From: an uncultured Microbacterium sp. | Lineage (GTDB): Bacteria; Actinomycetota; Actinomycetes; Actinomycetales; Microbacteriaceae | Reading direction: 5' to 3' | Assembly (NCBI RefSeq): GCF_947632095.1 | Contig: NZ_CANROA010000003.1 | Span: 11,340 to 75,339, forward strand | Length of the DNA: 64,000 bases | In this document: positions 39,401 through 49,309 of the stretch, piece after piece | Position numbering within the stretch: the stretch's first letter is position 1 | How the letters are laid out: each line of letters opens with the position of its first letter | Notes under the pieces: model-generated | Databases searched by the model: none | Seen by the model: only the letters and a program-made list of their open reading frames with translations | What the model was told of the DNA's origin: nothing | Position numbers and translations under genes: made by a program

Positions 39401-40062
39401 CGGGCATGCAGGTGGCCATGAAGGACCTCGAGCTGCGAGGCGCGGGCAGCATGCTCGGTGCCGAGCAGGCCGGGCACATCGCGGGCGTCGGCTTCGACCT
39501 GTACCTGCGCATGGTCGGCGAGGCCGTCGCGACGTTCCGCGGGGAGGACACCGAGGCGGGGACCGAGCTGCGCATGGAGCTGCCCGTGGAGGCGCGGATC
39601 CCCGAGACCTACATCGACAGCGAGCGACTGCGCCTGGAGGCCTATCAGAAGCTGTCCGCCGCGGCGGCGGCGACCGCCGCCGACGACGCGATCGACCTCG
39701 TCGTCGAGGAGCTCGCCGACCGTTACGGCACGCCGCCCGACGAGGTGGGGGTGCTGGTGGACGTCGCCCGTCTGCGCCGTCGTGCCGCGCGCGCCGGGCT
39801 CAGCGACGTCGTCGTGATGGGTTCCAACCTGCGCGTCGCCCCCGCGCATCTGGCCGACTCGATGAAGGTGCGCCTGCAGCGGCTCTACCCGAAGGCGAAG
39901 CTCGTCTCCAGCGGGGAGGCGCTCGTCGTGCCGATGCCGATGACGCCCGCCGAGATCGGGGTCGGCCTCGAACCGCTCCCCGAGGACAAGATGCTCGCCT
40001 GGGTCGGTCAGCTGCTCACGGCGCTGTTCCCGGAGCCGGTGGCAAGCGCCCCGGCATCCTGA
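36490..40062 (+). CDS. mfd: Transcription-repair coupling factor
   Basis: UvrB-like N-terminus, CarD-like RID, SF2 helicase motifs GDVGFGKTEVA, DEEQRFGV, SATPIPRT, QLRGRVGR, TRG motif. Confidence 0.98.
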   Translation: MTVPGILRALEEATLYRDALTWAHTDADLGLVDGLDAPVLAGLLSKRAASGHPAALLVIAPTGRRAESLAAALGSLTPEAEILDFPAWETLPHERLSPSPDTVGRRLDTLRRITTWTRERPLIVVASVRAALQPIAANLGDAAPLALAHGGRGLELDEAVEQLVERAYTRVDMVSRRGEFAVRGGILDVFPPTSEHPFRVEFFGDEIDQIRAFSVADQRSLPGDVDRVELAATRELLLTADVRAKAASLVAGFPAIAGMLEKMAEGIPVEGMESLLPAVAGPLKSLAEYLPAGSAVAVVDPERSSARAQSLGDTNREFLDAAWSAATSGASAPIDLGAGDFLTIARLREIVHGHDGVWWRVSPFATDDDDAANIDASIIPSFHGNVDGAIEFVSARLADAWRVVVVASGSGLVDRARDVLSERGLAARAVDSVTGAPDAGVATLVLGTLESGFQVPEAKIAVLTDNEFYGRTIGGDQRVVKKLASRRKNVVDPLQLKNGDYVVHATHGIAKFVEMTQREVSTGGRNAAKSTRDYLVLEYAPAKRGYPGDKLYVPTDQLDLLSKYVGGEAPVLSKMGGSDWSAAKNKARKAVRDIAVELVKLYSARMSAKGFAFSPDTPWQRELEEAFPFAETQDQLQTIDEIKADMERPIPMDRLLSGDVGFGKTEVAVRAAFKAIQDGKQVAMLVPTTLLVKQHLETFTERFAGFPVKVRPLSRFQTDKEARLVLEGLVDGSVDMVIGTHRILTDQVIFKDLGLMIIDEEQRFGVEHKDALKKLKTNVDILAMSATPIPRTLEMAVTGIREMSTLATPPEDRHPILSFVGPRSDKQIAAAIRREILREGQVFFVHNRVQSIQRVASEIAELVPEARIAVAHGKMGEHQLEQVVDDFWERKYDVLVSTTIIETGLDISNANTIIIDKADKYGLSQLHQLRGRVGRGRERAYAYFLYDDAKPLTETAADRLQTIAVNNDLGSGMQVAMKDLELRGAGSMLGAEQAGHIAGVGFDLYLRMVGEAVATFRGEDTEAGTELRMELPVEARIPETYIDSERLRLEAYQKLSAAAAATAADDAIDLVVEELADRYGTPPDEVGVLVDVARLRRRAARAGLSDVVVMGSNLRVAPAHLADSMKVRLQRLYPKAKLVSSGEALVVPMPMTPAEIGVGLEPLPEDKMLAWVGQLLTALFPEPVASAPAS

Positions 40063-40136
40063 TGTCGGCGGATGTCCGCGGGGCGTCAGAAGCGTGGATG
40101 CTGTCGCCGGAGCATCCGCCCGGCTAGTCTGTCGGC

Positions 40137-40733
40137 ATGTTGTACGAGCACCTCGGGGCTCGGCCCCGCATCCATGACACCGCCGTCATCGCGCCGACCG
40201 CCGTCCTCTCCGGCGACGTCGAGATCGGGCCGCACTGCCAGGTGCTGCACGGGGCGGTGATCACCGCCGAGGGCGGGCCGATCACACTGGGGGAGCACGT
40301 GATCGTCATGGAGAACGCGCTCATCCGGGCGACCGCGGCCGACTCGGTGCACATCGGATCGCACACACTCCTCGGCACCCTGGCGAGCATTGCCGGTGCG
40401 ACGATCGGCGAGGAGGTATTCCTCGCCTCGGGCGCGCGCGTGTTCAACGGTGCGCACATCGGCGCGCGCAGCGAGATTCGCGTGAACGCGATCGTGCAGC
40501 GTCGCGCAGCTCTGCCGGAGGGGACAGTCGTGCCGATCGGATGGGTGGCGACGGGCGATCCCGTGCAGCTCTACTCTCCGGACCGCGCCGACGAGATCGC
40601 CGCAGCGCAGCCGGAGCTCGACTTCCCCGGTCACGTGTTCGGCGTCGACCGGAACACCCCGGACCGCATGGTGCAGCTCACCGAGCGGTACGGAACATCG
40701 CTCGCGCGGCACGCCGACGACCAGCCCGTGTGA
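40137..40733 (+). CDS. Gamma carbonic anhydrase-like left-handed beta-helix protein
   Basis: PRIHDTAVIAPTAVLSGDVEIG and hexapeptide repeats. Confidence 0.8.
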   Translation: MLYEHLGARPRIHDTAVIAPTAVLSGDVEIGPHCQVLHGAVITAEGGPITLGEHVIVMENALIRATAADSVHIGSHTLLGTLASIAGATIGEEVFLASGARVFNGAHIGARSEIRVNAIVQRRAALPEGTVVPIGWVATGDPVQLYSPDRADEIAAAQPELDFPGHVFGVDRNTPDRMVQLTERYGTSLARHADDQPV

Positions 40734-40770
40734 GCGGCGTCATTCCGCATGGCATCCGCCCGAGCCCGCT

Positions 40771-40852
40771 GACACATGCCGGCGGAAAACACGAATGTCG
40801 ATCGAAACCCGAAGGTTTCGACCGACATTCGTGAAAACGACCGACAGGTGTC
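40771..40852. repeat. 82-bp palindromic element, copy 1
   Basis: GACAC...GTGTC termini; 20-bp inner stem CACGAATGTCGATCGAAACC / GGTTTCGACCGACATTCGTG (19/20); homologous to 48306-48387. Confidence 0.75.
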
Positions 40853-40885
40853 GGGAGAAGCCCGGCACCGTCAGAGATCAGTCGA

Positions 40886-42271
<1,386 letters not shown>

Positions 42272-42395
42272 TCAAATGGTAAGAGGGCGATCGTGTCGCG
42301 CGAGAGGGCGTGCCGATCAGGCACGAGATCTCACCTTACCCCGGGGTTCGGATGCTCTTCACCTCCGGGGTCCGCACGGATCAGTGCGGGTGGGG

Positions 42396-45068
42396 TCACC
42401 CGGTGTTCTGGAGGCCCGCGGCGACGCCGCTGACCGACAGCAGGAGCAGTCGACGTTGTTCGTCTTCCGCACCGGATCCGGTGGCCGCGGTCGTGGTGCG
42501 CAGCTCTCGCAACGCCCGCAGCTGCAGCAGCGAGAGGGCGTCGACGTAGGGGCTGCGCAGGGCGACGGCACGCTGCAGGATCGGCTTGTTCTCGAGCAGG
42601 TCGGTTCCGCCGGTCAGGCGGATGACCCACTCCTTGGTGAGGCTGAGCTCGTCGAGGACGAGCCGGGCGAGATCGTCGCGGTCGCCGAGGGCGAGGTAGC
42701 GTCGGGCGATGCGCTCATCGGTCTTCGCCAGACTCATGGCGACGTTGTCGATCATGGTGCGCAGCAGCGGCCACTCGCGGTAGGCCTCCTGCAGCAGGGC
42801 CTCATCGCCGACGGCTTCGAGTGCGGTTCCGAGGCCGTACCAGCCGGCGAGGTTGATGCGCGCCTGCGTCCAGGCGAAGACCCACGGGATGGCACGGAGG
42901 TCTTCGAGGGACTCGACGGAGAGGCCGCGGCGCGCGGGACGCGAGCCCAGCGCGAGCAGACCGATCTCCTCCATCGGGGTGACGGTGGCGAACCAGGGGG
43001 CGAATCCGGGGGCCTTGACGAGTTCGAAGAAGCGGTCGCGGGATGCGGCATCCATGGTCGCTGCGACGTCGGCGAAGCGCGCCGCCGCACCGCTCGTGCG
43101 CTGCTCGACGCCCGGCGAGGAGGCCAGCAGGGTCGCGGCGGCGACCTGGTCGATGTGACGCATGGCGATGGCGGGCTCGCCGTAGCGGGCGAAGATCGTC
43201 TCGCCCTGCTCGGTGAGCTTGAACCGGCCGTCGACGGAGTGCGGGGGCTGCGCGAGGATCGCGGAGTTCGCCGGTCCGCCGCCGCGCCCGAGGGCGCCGC
43301 CGCGGCCGTGGAACTGGGTCAGTGAGATGCCGGAGTCCTTCGCCCACGAGGCGATCTTCTCCTGCGCCTCGTAGAGCGCGAGGGTCGCGGCGACGGGGCC
43401 GACATCCTTGGAGGAGTCGGAGTAGCCGAGCATGACCTCCATGCGGTTCTCGGTCTCGTCGAGGCGATGACGGAACTCGGGGAAGGCGACGACCTCGGCG
43501 AGGATGCCGGGCGCGGCCTGCAGATCGGCGAAGGTCTCGAACAGGGGGACCACGTCGAGGACGGGCGCGTCATCGCCCATCGCATGGCGGGCGAGGCGGT
43601 GCACGTTGAGGAGGTCCTCGGCCGATGTCGTGAACGACACAACGTAGCGTCCGGCGGCGCGCAGACCGTAGGTGCGCTGGATCTCGGCGACCGCGCGGAA
43701 CACGTCGAGAACCTCTTCGGCGCGCTCGCTGAGCTCACCGCCCGCCTCGATCTCGGCGAGCGTCTCGCGGTGCACCTGCGAGTGCTGGCGGACCTCGAGC
43801 TCGGTCAGGTGGAAGCCGTAGGTCTCGACCTGCCAGATGAGGTGCTGCACGCCGCCGAAGGCGTGCCGCTTCGCGCCCGCGGCGATCAGGGATCCCTGCA
43901 CCGAGCGGAGGTCTGCGAGCAGCTCCTCCGGGGCGTCGTACCCGCCCTCGAGTCCGAGACGCGTCTCGGCGACCTTGCGGGCGAGGGCCAGCAGCACGCG
44001 GCGGTGCGGCTCCTCGGGGGAGCGTGCGGCGATCTCCTCGGCCGTGGTCTCGTCGGTGGCCTGGAACGAGTCCCAGATCGCCACGACGGCATCGCTGGGC
44101 GGGGTTCCTTCGGCGTCGAGAGTCAGGCTGCGGCCGATGCGCTCGAGGGCGCGTTCGAGGCCTCGCAGCACGTGCTCGGAGGCGATCTGCGCGGCTTCAC
44201 GGGTGACGGATGCCGTGACGAAGGGGTTTCCGTCGCGGTCGCCGCCGACCCAGCTGCCCACGCGCACGAAGGCGGGGACGATCGGGGAGCTGGCGCCGGA
44301 CTCGTCGCCGCGGAGCGCGTCGTCGATGCGGCGGTACACGTGCGGGACGGTGGTGAACAGCGTCTCGTCGAACACCGACATGACGGTGCGGACCTCGTCG
44401 GTGGGAGAGGGCTTCTGCGCGCGCAGGGGCGCCGTGCGCCAGAGCGTGTCGACCTCTTCGAGCATGCGTCGACGTGCACGGCGCTGTTCGGCGCCGCCGG
44501 AGCTGGCCTGGTCGTGCTGGGTGAGCAGGTCGGACAGGCGCCGGATGCTGGTGGAGACCGCGCGTCGGCGGGCCTCGGTGGGGTGCGCCGTGAACACCGG
44601 GTGGAAGCGCAGCTCGGCGAGGCGGCGTCGCGCCTCGTCGTCGCCGACCTCGCGGCGCAGCTGGGCGTAGGCCGTGGCGACCGTGTCGGTGGCGTCCTCG
44701 CGGCCGGGCTGCCCGGCGCGTTCGCGCAGGATGCGCACGCGCTGGTGCTCCTCGGCGAGGTTCACGAGGTGGAAGTAGCAGGTGAAGGCGCGGGCGACCT
44801 CGTCGGCGCGCTCGATCGAGAACGACTCGGCGATCTCGATCGCGCGTTCGAACGCGTCGGTGCTCTCTTCCTCGTACGCCTGAATGCTCGCCAGGCGCAG
44901 CCGCTCGACGTCGTCGAACAGGCCGTCGCTGCCGCATTCGCGCAGCACCTGTCCGAGGATCGCGCCGAGCATGCGCACATCCGCGCGCATCTCGTCGGGA
45001 ATCCCGCGTCCGGCTTCGAAACGGCCGATGACGCGGATGGCCTCTGTGTTGGTGGGCTCGGGGGTCAC
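42396..45068 (-). CDS. ppc: Phosphoenolpyruvate carboxylase
   Basis: VFTAHPTE, SWVGGDRDGNP, VPLFET, MLGYSDSSKD, FHGRGGALGRGGGP, LRAIPWVF, QNTG C-terminus. Confidence 0.97.
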   Translation of the reverse strand: MTPEPTNTEAIRVIGRFEAGRGIPDEMRADVRMLGAILGQVLRECGSDGLFDDVERLRLASIQAYEEESTDAFERAIEIAESFSIERADEVARAFTCYFHLVNLAEEHQRVRILRERAGQPGREDATDTVATAYAQLRREVGDDEARRRLAELRFHPVFTAHPTEARRRAVSTSIRRLSDLLTQHDQASSGGAEQRRARRRMLEEVDTLWRTAPLRAQKPSPTDEVRTVMSVFDETLFTTVPHVYRRIDDALRGDESGASSPIVPAFVRVGSWVGGDRDGNPFVTASVTREAAQIASEHVLRGLERALERIGRSLTLDAEGTPPSDAVVAIWDSFQATDETTAEEIAARSPEEPHRRVLLALARKVAETRLGLEGGYDAPEELLADLRSVQGSLIAAGAKRHAFGGVQHLIWQVETYGFHLTELEVRQHSQVHRETLAEIEAGGELSERAEEVLDVFRAVAEIQRTYGLRAAGRYVVSFTTSAEDLLNVHRLARHAMGDDAPVLDVVPLFETFADLQAAPGILAEVVAFPEFRHRLDETENRMEVMLGYSDSSKDVGPVAATLALYEAQEKIASWAKDSGISLTQFHGRGGALGRGGGPANSAILAQPPHSVDGRFKLTEQGETIFARYGEPAIAMRHIDQVAAATLLASSPGVEQRTSGAAARFADVAATMDAASRDRFFELVKAPGFAPWFATVTPMEEIGLLALGSRPARRGLSVESLEDLRAIPWVFAWTQARINLAGWYGLGTALEAVGDEALLQEAYREWPLLRTMIDNVAMSLAKTDERIARRYLALGDRDDLARLVLDELSLTKEWVIRLTGGTDLLENKPILQRAVALRSPYVDALSLLQLRALRELRTTTAATGSGAEDEQRRLLLLSVSGVAAGLQNTG

Positions 45069-45150
45069 ACCACGAGGCTAACCCCGCGGAGGGGATGCCC
45101 ATGACCACGTGACACTGCGTGACGCGCGGCCGCGGCATACGATGGTCACG

Positions 45151-46317
45151 ATGTCTGATAACCGAAATCTCCTGCGCACACAGCAATTCCCCGCGGTTCT
45201 TCTGCTCCTGGCGGCGGCCCTCGGCCTGCTGTTGGCGAATCTGCCGACCTTCGGCCCGATCGATGCGGTTCTGGGCTTCCACATCGCGATCCCGGGAACG
45301 GGCATCGACCTCTCGATCGCGCACTGGATCTCCGACGGCATCCTCGCGCTCTTCTTCTTCGTCGTCGCGATGGAGCTGCAGTACGAGCTGACCCGCGGCG
45401 AGCTGAACTCGTTGAGCAAGGCGGTCCAGCCGGCGATCGCCGCAGCGGGCGGTGTGCTCGTACCGATCGGCATCTACCTGCTGATCGCGGGGGAGGGGGC
45501 GACGGCATCCGGCTGGCCCATCCCGACCGCAACCGATATCGCCTTCGCCCTCGGCGTGCTCGCGGTGTTCGGCAAGGGGCTGCCCGCGGCGGTGCGGGTC
45601 TTCCTGCTCGCCCTCGCCATCCTCGACGACATCATCGGCATCGTGTTCATCGCCGTGCTTTTCGCGCACGATCTGAACTGGCTCTACCTGCTGCTCGCGC
45701 TGGTGGGCGTCGCGGTGTTCGCGGTCCTGTCGCGCCTGCTCCCATCGAAGGCATCCGCCCTCATCGTGGTCGCCATGATCGTCGTCGGCGTCATCGTCTG
45801 GGCGCTCGTCCTGCTCAGCGGCATCCATGCCACGATCGCCGGCGTCATGCTGGGGCTCGCGATCGCCCAGGCGCCCTCCATGCCGACCCGTCATGTGCTC
45901 GAGCCCTGGGTGAACGGTGCGATCCTGCCGATCTTCGCATTCGCCGCGGCGTTCGTCGTGATCCCTCAGCTGGCACTGTCGGCGCTGTCGCCGGCGTTCT
46001 TCGGCGTCGCCCTCGCGCTGCCGGTCGGGAAGATCATCGGCATCACGGCATTCGGATGGGTCGCCGTGCGCGTCGGCAAGAAGGGTGCGCCCCCCGCACT
46101 GCGCCTGCCCGACCTGCTCGCGGCGGGAACACTGGGCGGCATCGGCTTCACGGTCTCGTTGCTGCTGGCGAACCTCGCCTTCGCCGACGACGGTGCGACC
46201 CGTGATCAGGCGATCCTCGGTGTGCTCGTGGGCTCGCTCATCGCGCTGCTGCTCTCGGCCGTGATCGTCACCTCGCGCGCGGCTTGGCATCGCCGGGTCA
46301 CCGCCGCGAGTTCTTGA
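45151..46317 (+). CDS. nhaA: Na+/H+ antiporter NhaA
   Basis: HWISDGILALFFF, GWPIPTATDIAFALG, LAILDD, SGIHATIAG, GIGFTVSL. Confidence 0.93.
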   Translation: MSDNRNLLRTQQFPAVLLLLAAALGLLLANLPTFGPIDAVLGFHIAIPGTGIDLSIAHWISDGILALFFFVVAMELQYELTRGELNSLSKAVQPAIAAAGGVLVPIGIYLLIAGEGATASGWPIPTATDIAFALGVLAVFGKGLPAAVRVFLLALAILDDIIGIVFIAVLFAHDLNWLYLLLALVGVAVFAVLSRLLPSKASALIVVAMIVVGVIVWALVLLSGIHATIAGVMLGLAIAQAPSMPTRHVLEPWVNGAILPIFAFAAAFVVIPQLALSALSPAFFGVALALPVGKIIGITAFGWVAVRVGKKGAPPALRLPDLLAAGTLGGIGFTVSLLLANLAFADDGATRDQAILGVLVGSLIALLLSAVIVTSRAAWHRRVTAASS

Positions 46318-46332
46318 CAGGAGGAGGACTCC

Positions 46333-46968
46333 ATGACCGACGCCGATGCCCTGCGCGAGGCCGCGGAGACGATGCGTGCTGTGCGCGAGCGGTGCGTCTG
46401 GTCCCAGCAGATCACGCATCGGGATCTCGTGCCGTACCTGATCGAGGAATCGCATGAGGTGATCGACGCGGTCGAGTCGGGCACGCGCGCCGACCTTCGC
46501 GAGGAGCTCGGCGACCTGCTCTGGCAGGTGCTGTTCCACGCGGCGATCGCCGCGCAGCATCCGGATGACCCCTTCGGCATCGACGACGTCGCCGAGACGC
46601 TGACCGAGAAGATGACCCGACGGCATCCGCACGTCTTCGCCGACGCCGTCGCTCGAACGCCCGACGAGGTGCTCGTGCACTGGAACGCGGCGAAGGCCGC
46701 CGAGAAGCGCGAGCGGTTGAGCGTGCTCGATGGCGTGCCCCGGGGGATGCCGGCGCTCGCGCTCGCGCAGAAGCTCGCGGGGCGCGCGGCATCCGTCGGC
46801 GTCGCGCCTGCCGTGTCGCAGTTGCCGCCCGCATCCGAGGCGGAGCTCGGCGACGCGCTCCTCGCGCTCGTCGCCCGGGCGCGCGAGCAGGGCTGGGACG
46901 CCGAACGCGCGCTGCGCGAGCGGCTCAGAGGATTCGAGGACGAGGTCCGCGAGGCCGAGTCGGCCTGA
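46333..46968 (+). CDS. mazG: MazG nucleoside triphosphate pyrophosphohydrolase
   Basis: CVWSQQITH, LIEESHEV, EELGDLLWQVLFH, KMTRRHPHVF. Confidence 0.92.
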   Translation: MTDADALREAAETMRAVRERCVWSQQITHRDLVPYLIEESHEVIDAVESGTRADLREELGDLLWQVLFHAAIAAQHPDDPFGIDDVAETLTEKMTRRHPHVFADAVARTPDEVLVHWNAAKAAEKRERLSVLDGVPRGMPALALAQKLAGRAASVGVAPAVSQLPPASEAELGDALLALVARAREQGWDAERALRERLRGFEDEVREAESA

Positions 46969-47018
46969 TGCGCGACGGCTGATGCGAGGCATCCGCCCGA
47001 ACCTGGAAAGATGGAGGG

Positions 47019-48302
47019 GTGGCTACTGTGAACCCGCCGCGCGGCATGCGCGACATCCTCCCCGCCGACAAGGCCCGCCGTGAGCGCGTCCTCTCTGTCA
47101 TCCGTCAGCGCTACCTCGCGCACGGCTTCGACGAGATCGAGACGCCCGTCGTCGAGGAATACGATCGCCTTCATGCCGGCATCGGCGGCGACAACGAGAA
47201 GCTCTCCTACAACGTGCTGCGCCGCGGGCTCGACGCCGACGGCATCCGTGCTGCGGCCGATGACCCGGCCGCCCTCAGCGACCTGGGCCTGCGCTACGAC
47301 CTGACGGTGCCGTTGTCGCGCTTCTACGCCTCGAACCGCGCGCAGCTGCCCGGCGTCTTCCGAGCCATCCAGATCGGACCGGTCTGGCGTGCCGAGCGCC
47401 CGCAGAAGGGGCGCTACCGCCAGTTCGTGCAGTGCGACATCGACATCATGGGCGACGAGTCCTCGCGCGCCGAGGCCGAGCTCATGGTGGCCTCCCTCGA
47501 CGCCCTCGACGCGCTCGGTCTGGGCGGGGCGACGGTGCGCATCAACGACCGCCGCATCCTCGACTGGATGCTGGATGCCTTCGGGTTCCCCGTCGACGAG
47601 CGCCCCGGCGTGCTCATCACGATCGACAAGCTCGACAAGATCGGCCCCGCCGGCGTCGCCGCAGAGCTGCGCGAGCGCGGTGCCGCGGCATCCGCCGTCG
47701 ACGCGTTCGAGGCGTTCCTCCTGCGCCCGCAGACGGATGATCTCGTCCCGTTCGGCGAGAAGCAGATCCGCGGTGCGCTGCCCGATGGTGCACCGGATGA
47801 GATCCTCGGCCACCTCGTCGGCATCGGAGATGCGGTTGCCGCAGGTTCCGGACGCACCGACATCCCGCTCGTCTTCGACCCGTTCCTCGTTCGCGGCATG
47901 GGCTACTACACCGGCACGATCTTCGAGCTCGCGCACCCCTCGGTGCCGTACTCGATCGGCGGCGGCGGACGCTACGACGGCATGATCGGGCGCTTCCTCG
48001 GCCAGCAGGTCCCCGCGGTCGGCTTCTCGCTCGGCTTCGAGCGCCTCGTCGATCTCGTCACCCTCGCCGAGGATGATGCCGCGCAGGCGATCGTGCTCGT
48101 TCACGACAAGGATGTGCCGGTCGCTGAGCTCGTCGCCCACAAGGCCGCGCTCATCGCGCAGGGGTCGCGCGTGCGCCTCGAGCAGCGCGTGAAGAACTTC
48201 AAGGCGCTGCTGGAGCGCTCCGCCGCCGACGGCTACACGGCGTTCGCGACGGTCTCGGCGGGAGCCGCGTCCGACAGCCTGGAGATCAAGCCGCTGAGCT
48301 GA
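47019..48302 (+). CDS. hisS: Histidine--tRNA ligase
   Basis: PPRGMRD, LRYDLTVP, RAERPQKGRYRQFVQCDIDI, RGMGYYTG, GGGGRYDGMIG...VGFSLGFER; short C-terminal anticodon domain. Confidence 0.82.
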   Translation: MATVNPPRGMRDILPADKARRERVLSVIRQRYLAHGFDEIETPVVEEYDRLHAGIGGDNEKLSYNVLRRGLDADGIRAAADDPAALSDLGLRYDLTVPLSRFYASNRAQLPGVFRAIQIGPVWRAERPQKGRYRQFVQCDIDIMGDESSRAEAELMVASLDALDALGLGGATVRINDRRILDWMLDAFGFPVDERPGVLITIDKLDKIGPAGVAAELRERGAAASAVDAFEAFLLRPQTDDLVPFGEKQIRGALPDGAPDEILGHLVGIGDAVAAGSGRTDIPLVFDPFLVRGMGYYTGTIFELAHPSVPYSIGGGGRYDGMIGRFLGQQVPAVGFSLGFERLVDLVTLAEDDAAQAIVLVHDKDVPVAELVAHKAALIAQGSRVRLEQRVKNFKALLERSAADGYTAFATVSAGAASDSLEIKPLS

Positions 48303-48305
48303 GCC

Positions 48306-48387
48306 GACACTCGTCAGTGATTCGTGACGGTTGCCGGTCGAAACAGCCTGTTTCGACCGGCAACCGTCATTTCGACTGACAAGTGTC
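48306..48387. repeat. 82-bp palindromic element, copy 2
   Basis: GACAC...GTGTC termini; 21-bp perfect inner stem TGACGGTTGCCGGTCGAAACA / TGTTTCGACCGGCAACCGTCA. Confidence 0.75.
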
Positions 48388-48859
48388 AGATGTCCCGAGC
48401 CTCGGTGACCCGCCTCTTCTCGCGGATGTAGACCTCCCGACGCACGCGGGCGACGACGTCGCCGGATGCATCGGTGATGACCGTCTCGAACCACTCCAGG
48501 ACCTTCGCCCCGCCGCGGGCCTTCTCGCGGATCTCGGCGACGCGCTCCGCCGGCACGGAGAACTCGGCGGTCAAAACGCCGCGGCCGGGCTTGATGAGAT
48601 CGATCTCGCCCTTGGTGTCCCAGACGACGTAGTCGCGGCCGAGCTGGTGCATGACGAGCATGAAGTAGTACGGGTCGGTCATCGCCGACATCGAGCCGCC
48701 GAACGCCGTCCCCACGTAGTTGCGGGTGAACAGGTTCACGTGCAGCTCGACGGTGGCGCGCGTCCAATCGTCGCTGAACCGGCGCACACGGATGCCGCTG
48801 AAGAGGTTCGGAGCCCACAGGCTCATGCCGATCGCGAGGCGGCGGGGAGTGATCTTCAT
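48386..48859 (-). CDS. DUF4442 / hot-dog fold thioesterase-like protein
   Basis: WAPNLFSGIRV, NYVGTAFGGSMSAMTDPYY, YVVWD. Confidence 0.8.
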   Translation of the reverse strand: MKITPRRLAIGMSLWAPNLFSGIRVRRFSDDWTRATVELHVNLFTRNYVGTAFGGSMSAMTDPYYFMLVMHQLGRDYVVWDTKGEIDLIKPGRGVLTAEFSVPAERVAEIREKARGGAKVLEWFETVITDASGDVVARVRREVYIREKRRVTEARDI

Positions 48860-48918
48860 CCCGCCAGTCTGTCGGGGCCGGTGGTGTGCTCCAAAGCATT
48901 TGCAGGCATCGTACAGTT

Positions 48919-48937
48919 GTTATAGTTCTTCTATAAC
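48919..48937. promoter_or_regulatory. Candidate YtrA-type operator
   Basis: GTTATAG-TTCTT-CTATAAC inverted repeat just upstream of the YtrA-like GntR gene; fits the GTnnTA...TAnnAC pattern. Confidence 0.6.
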
Positions 48938-48958
48938 TATTAGTCGGGAGGGAGTGAC

Positions 48959-49309
48959 ATGCTCATCCGCATCGATGGTGACAGCACGGCGCCGATCTTC
49001 GATCAGGTCGCCGCCTCCGTGCGCGCCGACATCCTCGCCGCCCGCCTCGTGCCCGGCGACCGGCTGCCCGCGGCCCGCGAGGTCGCCGACGGCCTCGACA
49101 TCAACGTGCACACCGTGTTGCGCGCCTATCAGCAGCTGCGCGACGAAGGTCTCGTCGACCTGCGCCGGGGCAGGGGCGCGGTCATCGCCGCATCCGCCGC
49201 GCCGTTGGCAGAGCTCGCGCACGACATCCGTGCCCTCGTCGCCCGCGCCGCGTCCCTCGGCATCTCGCCCGCCACGCTCGCCTCGCTCGTCAAAGAGAGC
49301 ACCCCATGA
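48959..49309 (+). CDS. GntR family regulator, YtrA subfamily
   Basis: 116 aa; PIFDQV...PGDRLPAAREVA..LDINVHTVLRAYQQLRDEGLV..RRGRG with short C-terminus. Confidence 0.9.
   Translation: MLIRIDGDSTAPIFDQVAASVRADILAARLVPGDRLPAAREVADGLDINVHTVLRAYQQLRDEGLVDLRRGRGAVIAASAAPLAELAHDIRALVARAASLGISPATLASLVKESTP

Noticed and set aside
47019-48302. Alternative call as HisZ (ATP-PRT regulatory subunit)
   Set aside because: Retains class II motif 2/3 residues, the histidine-binding RGMGYYTG and GGRYD loops and a C-terminal domain; no hisG nearby. Not fully excluded
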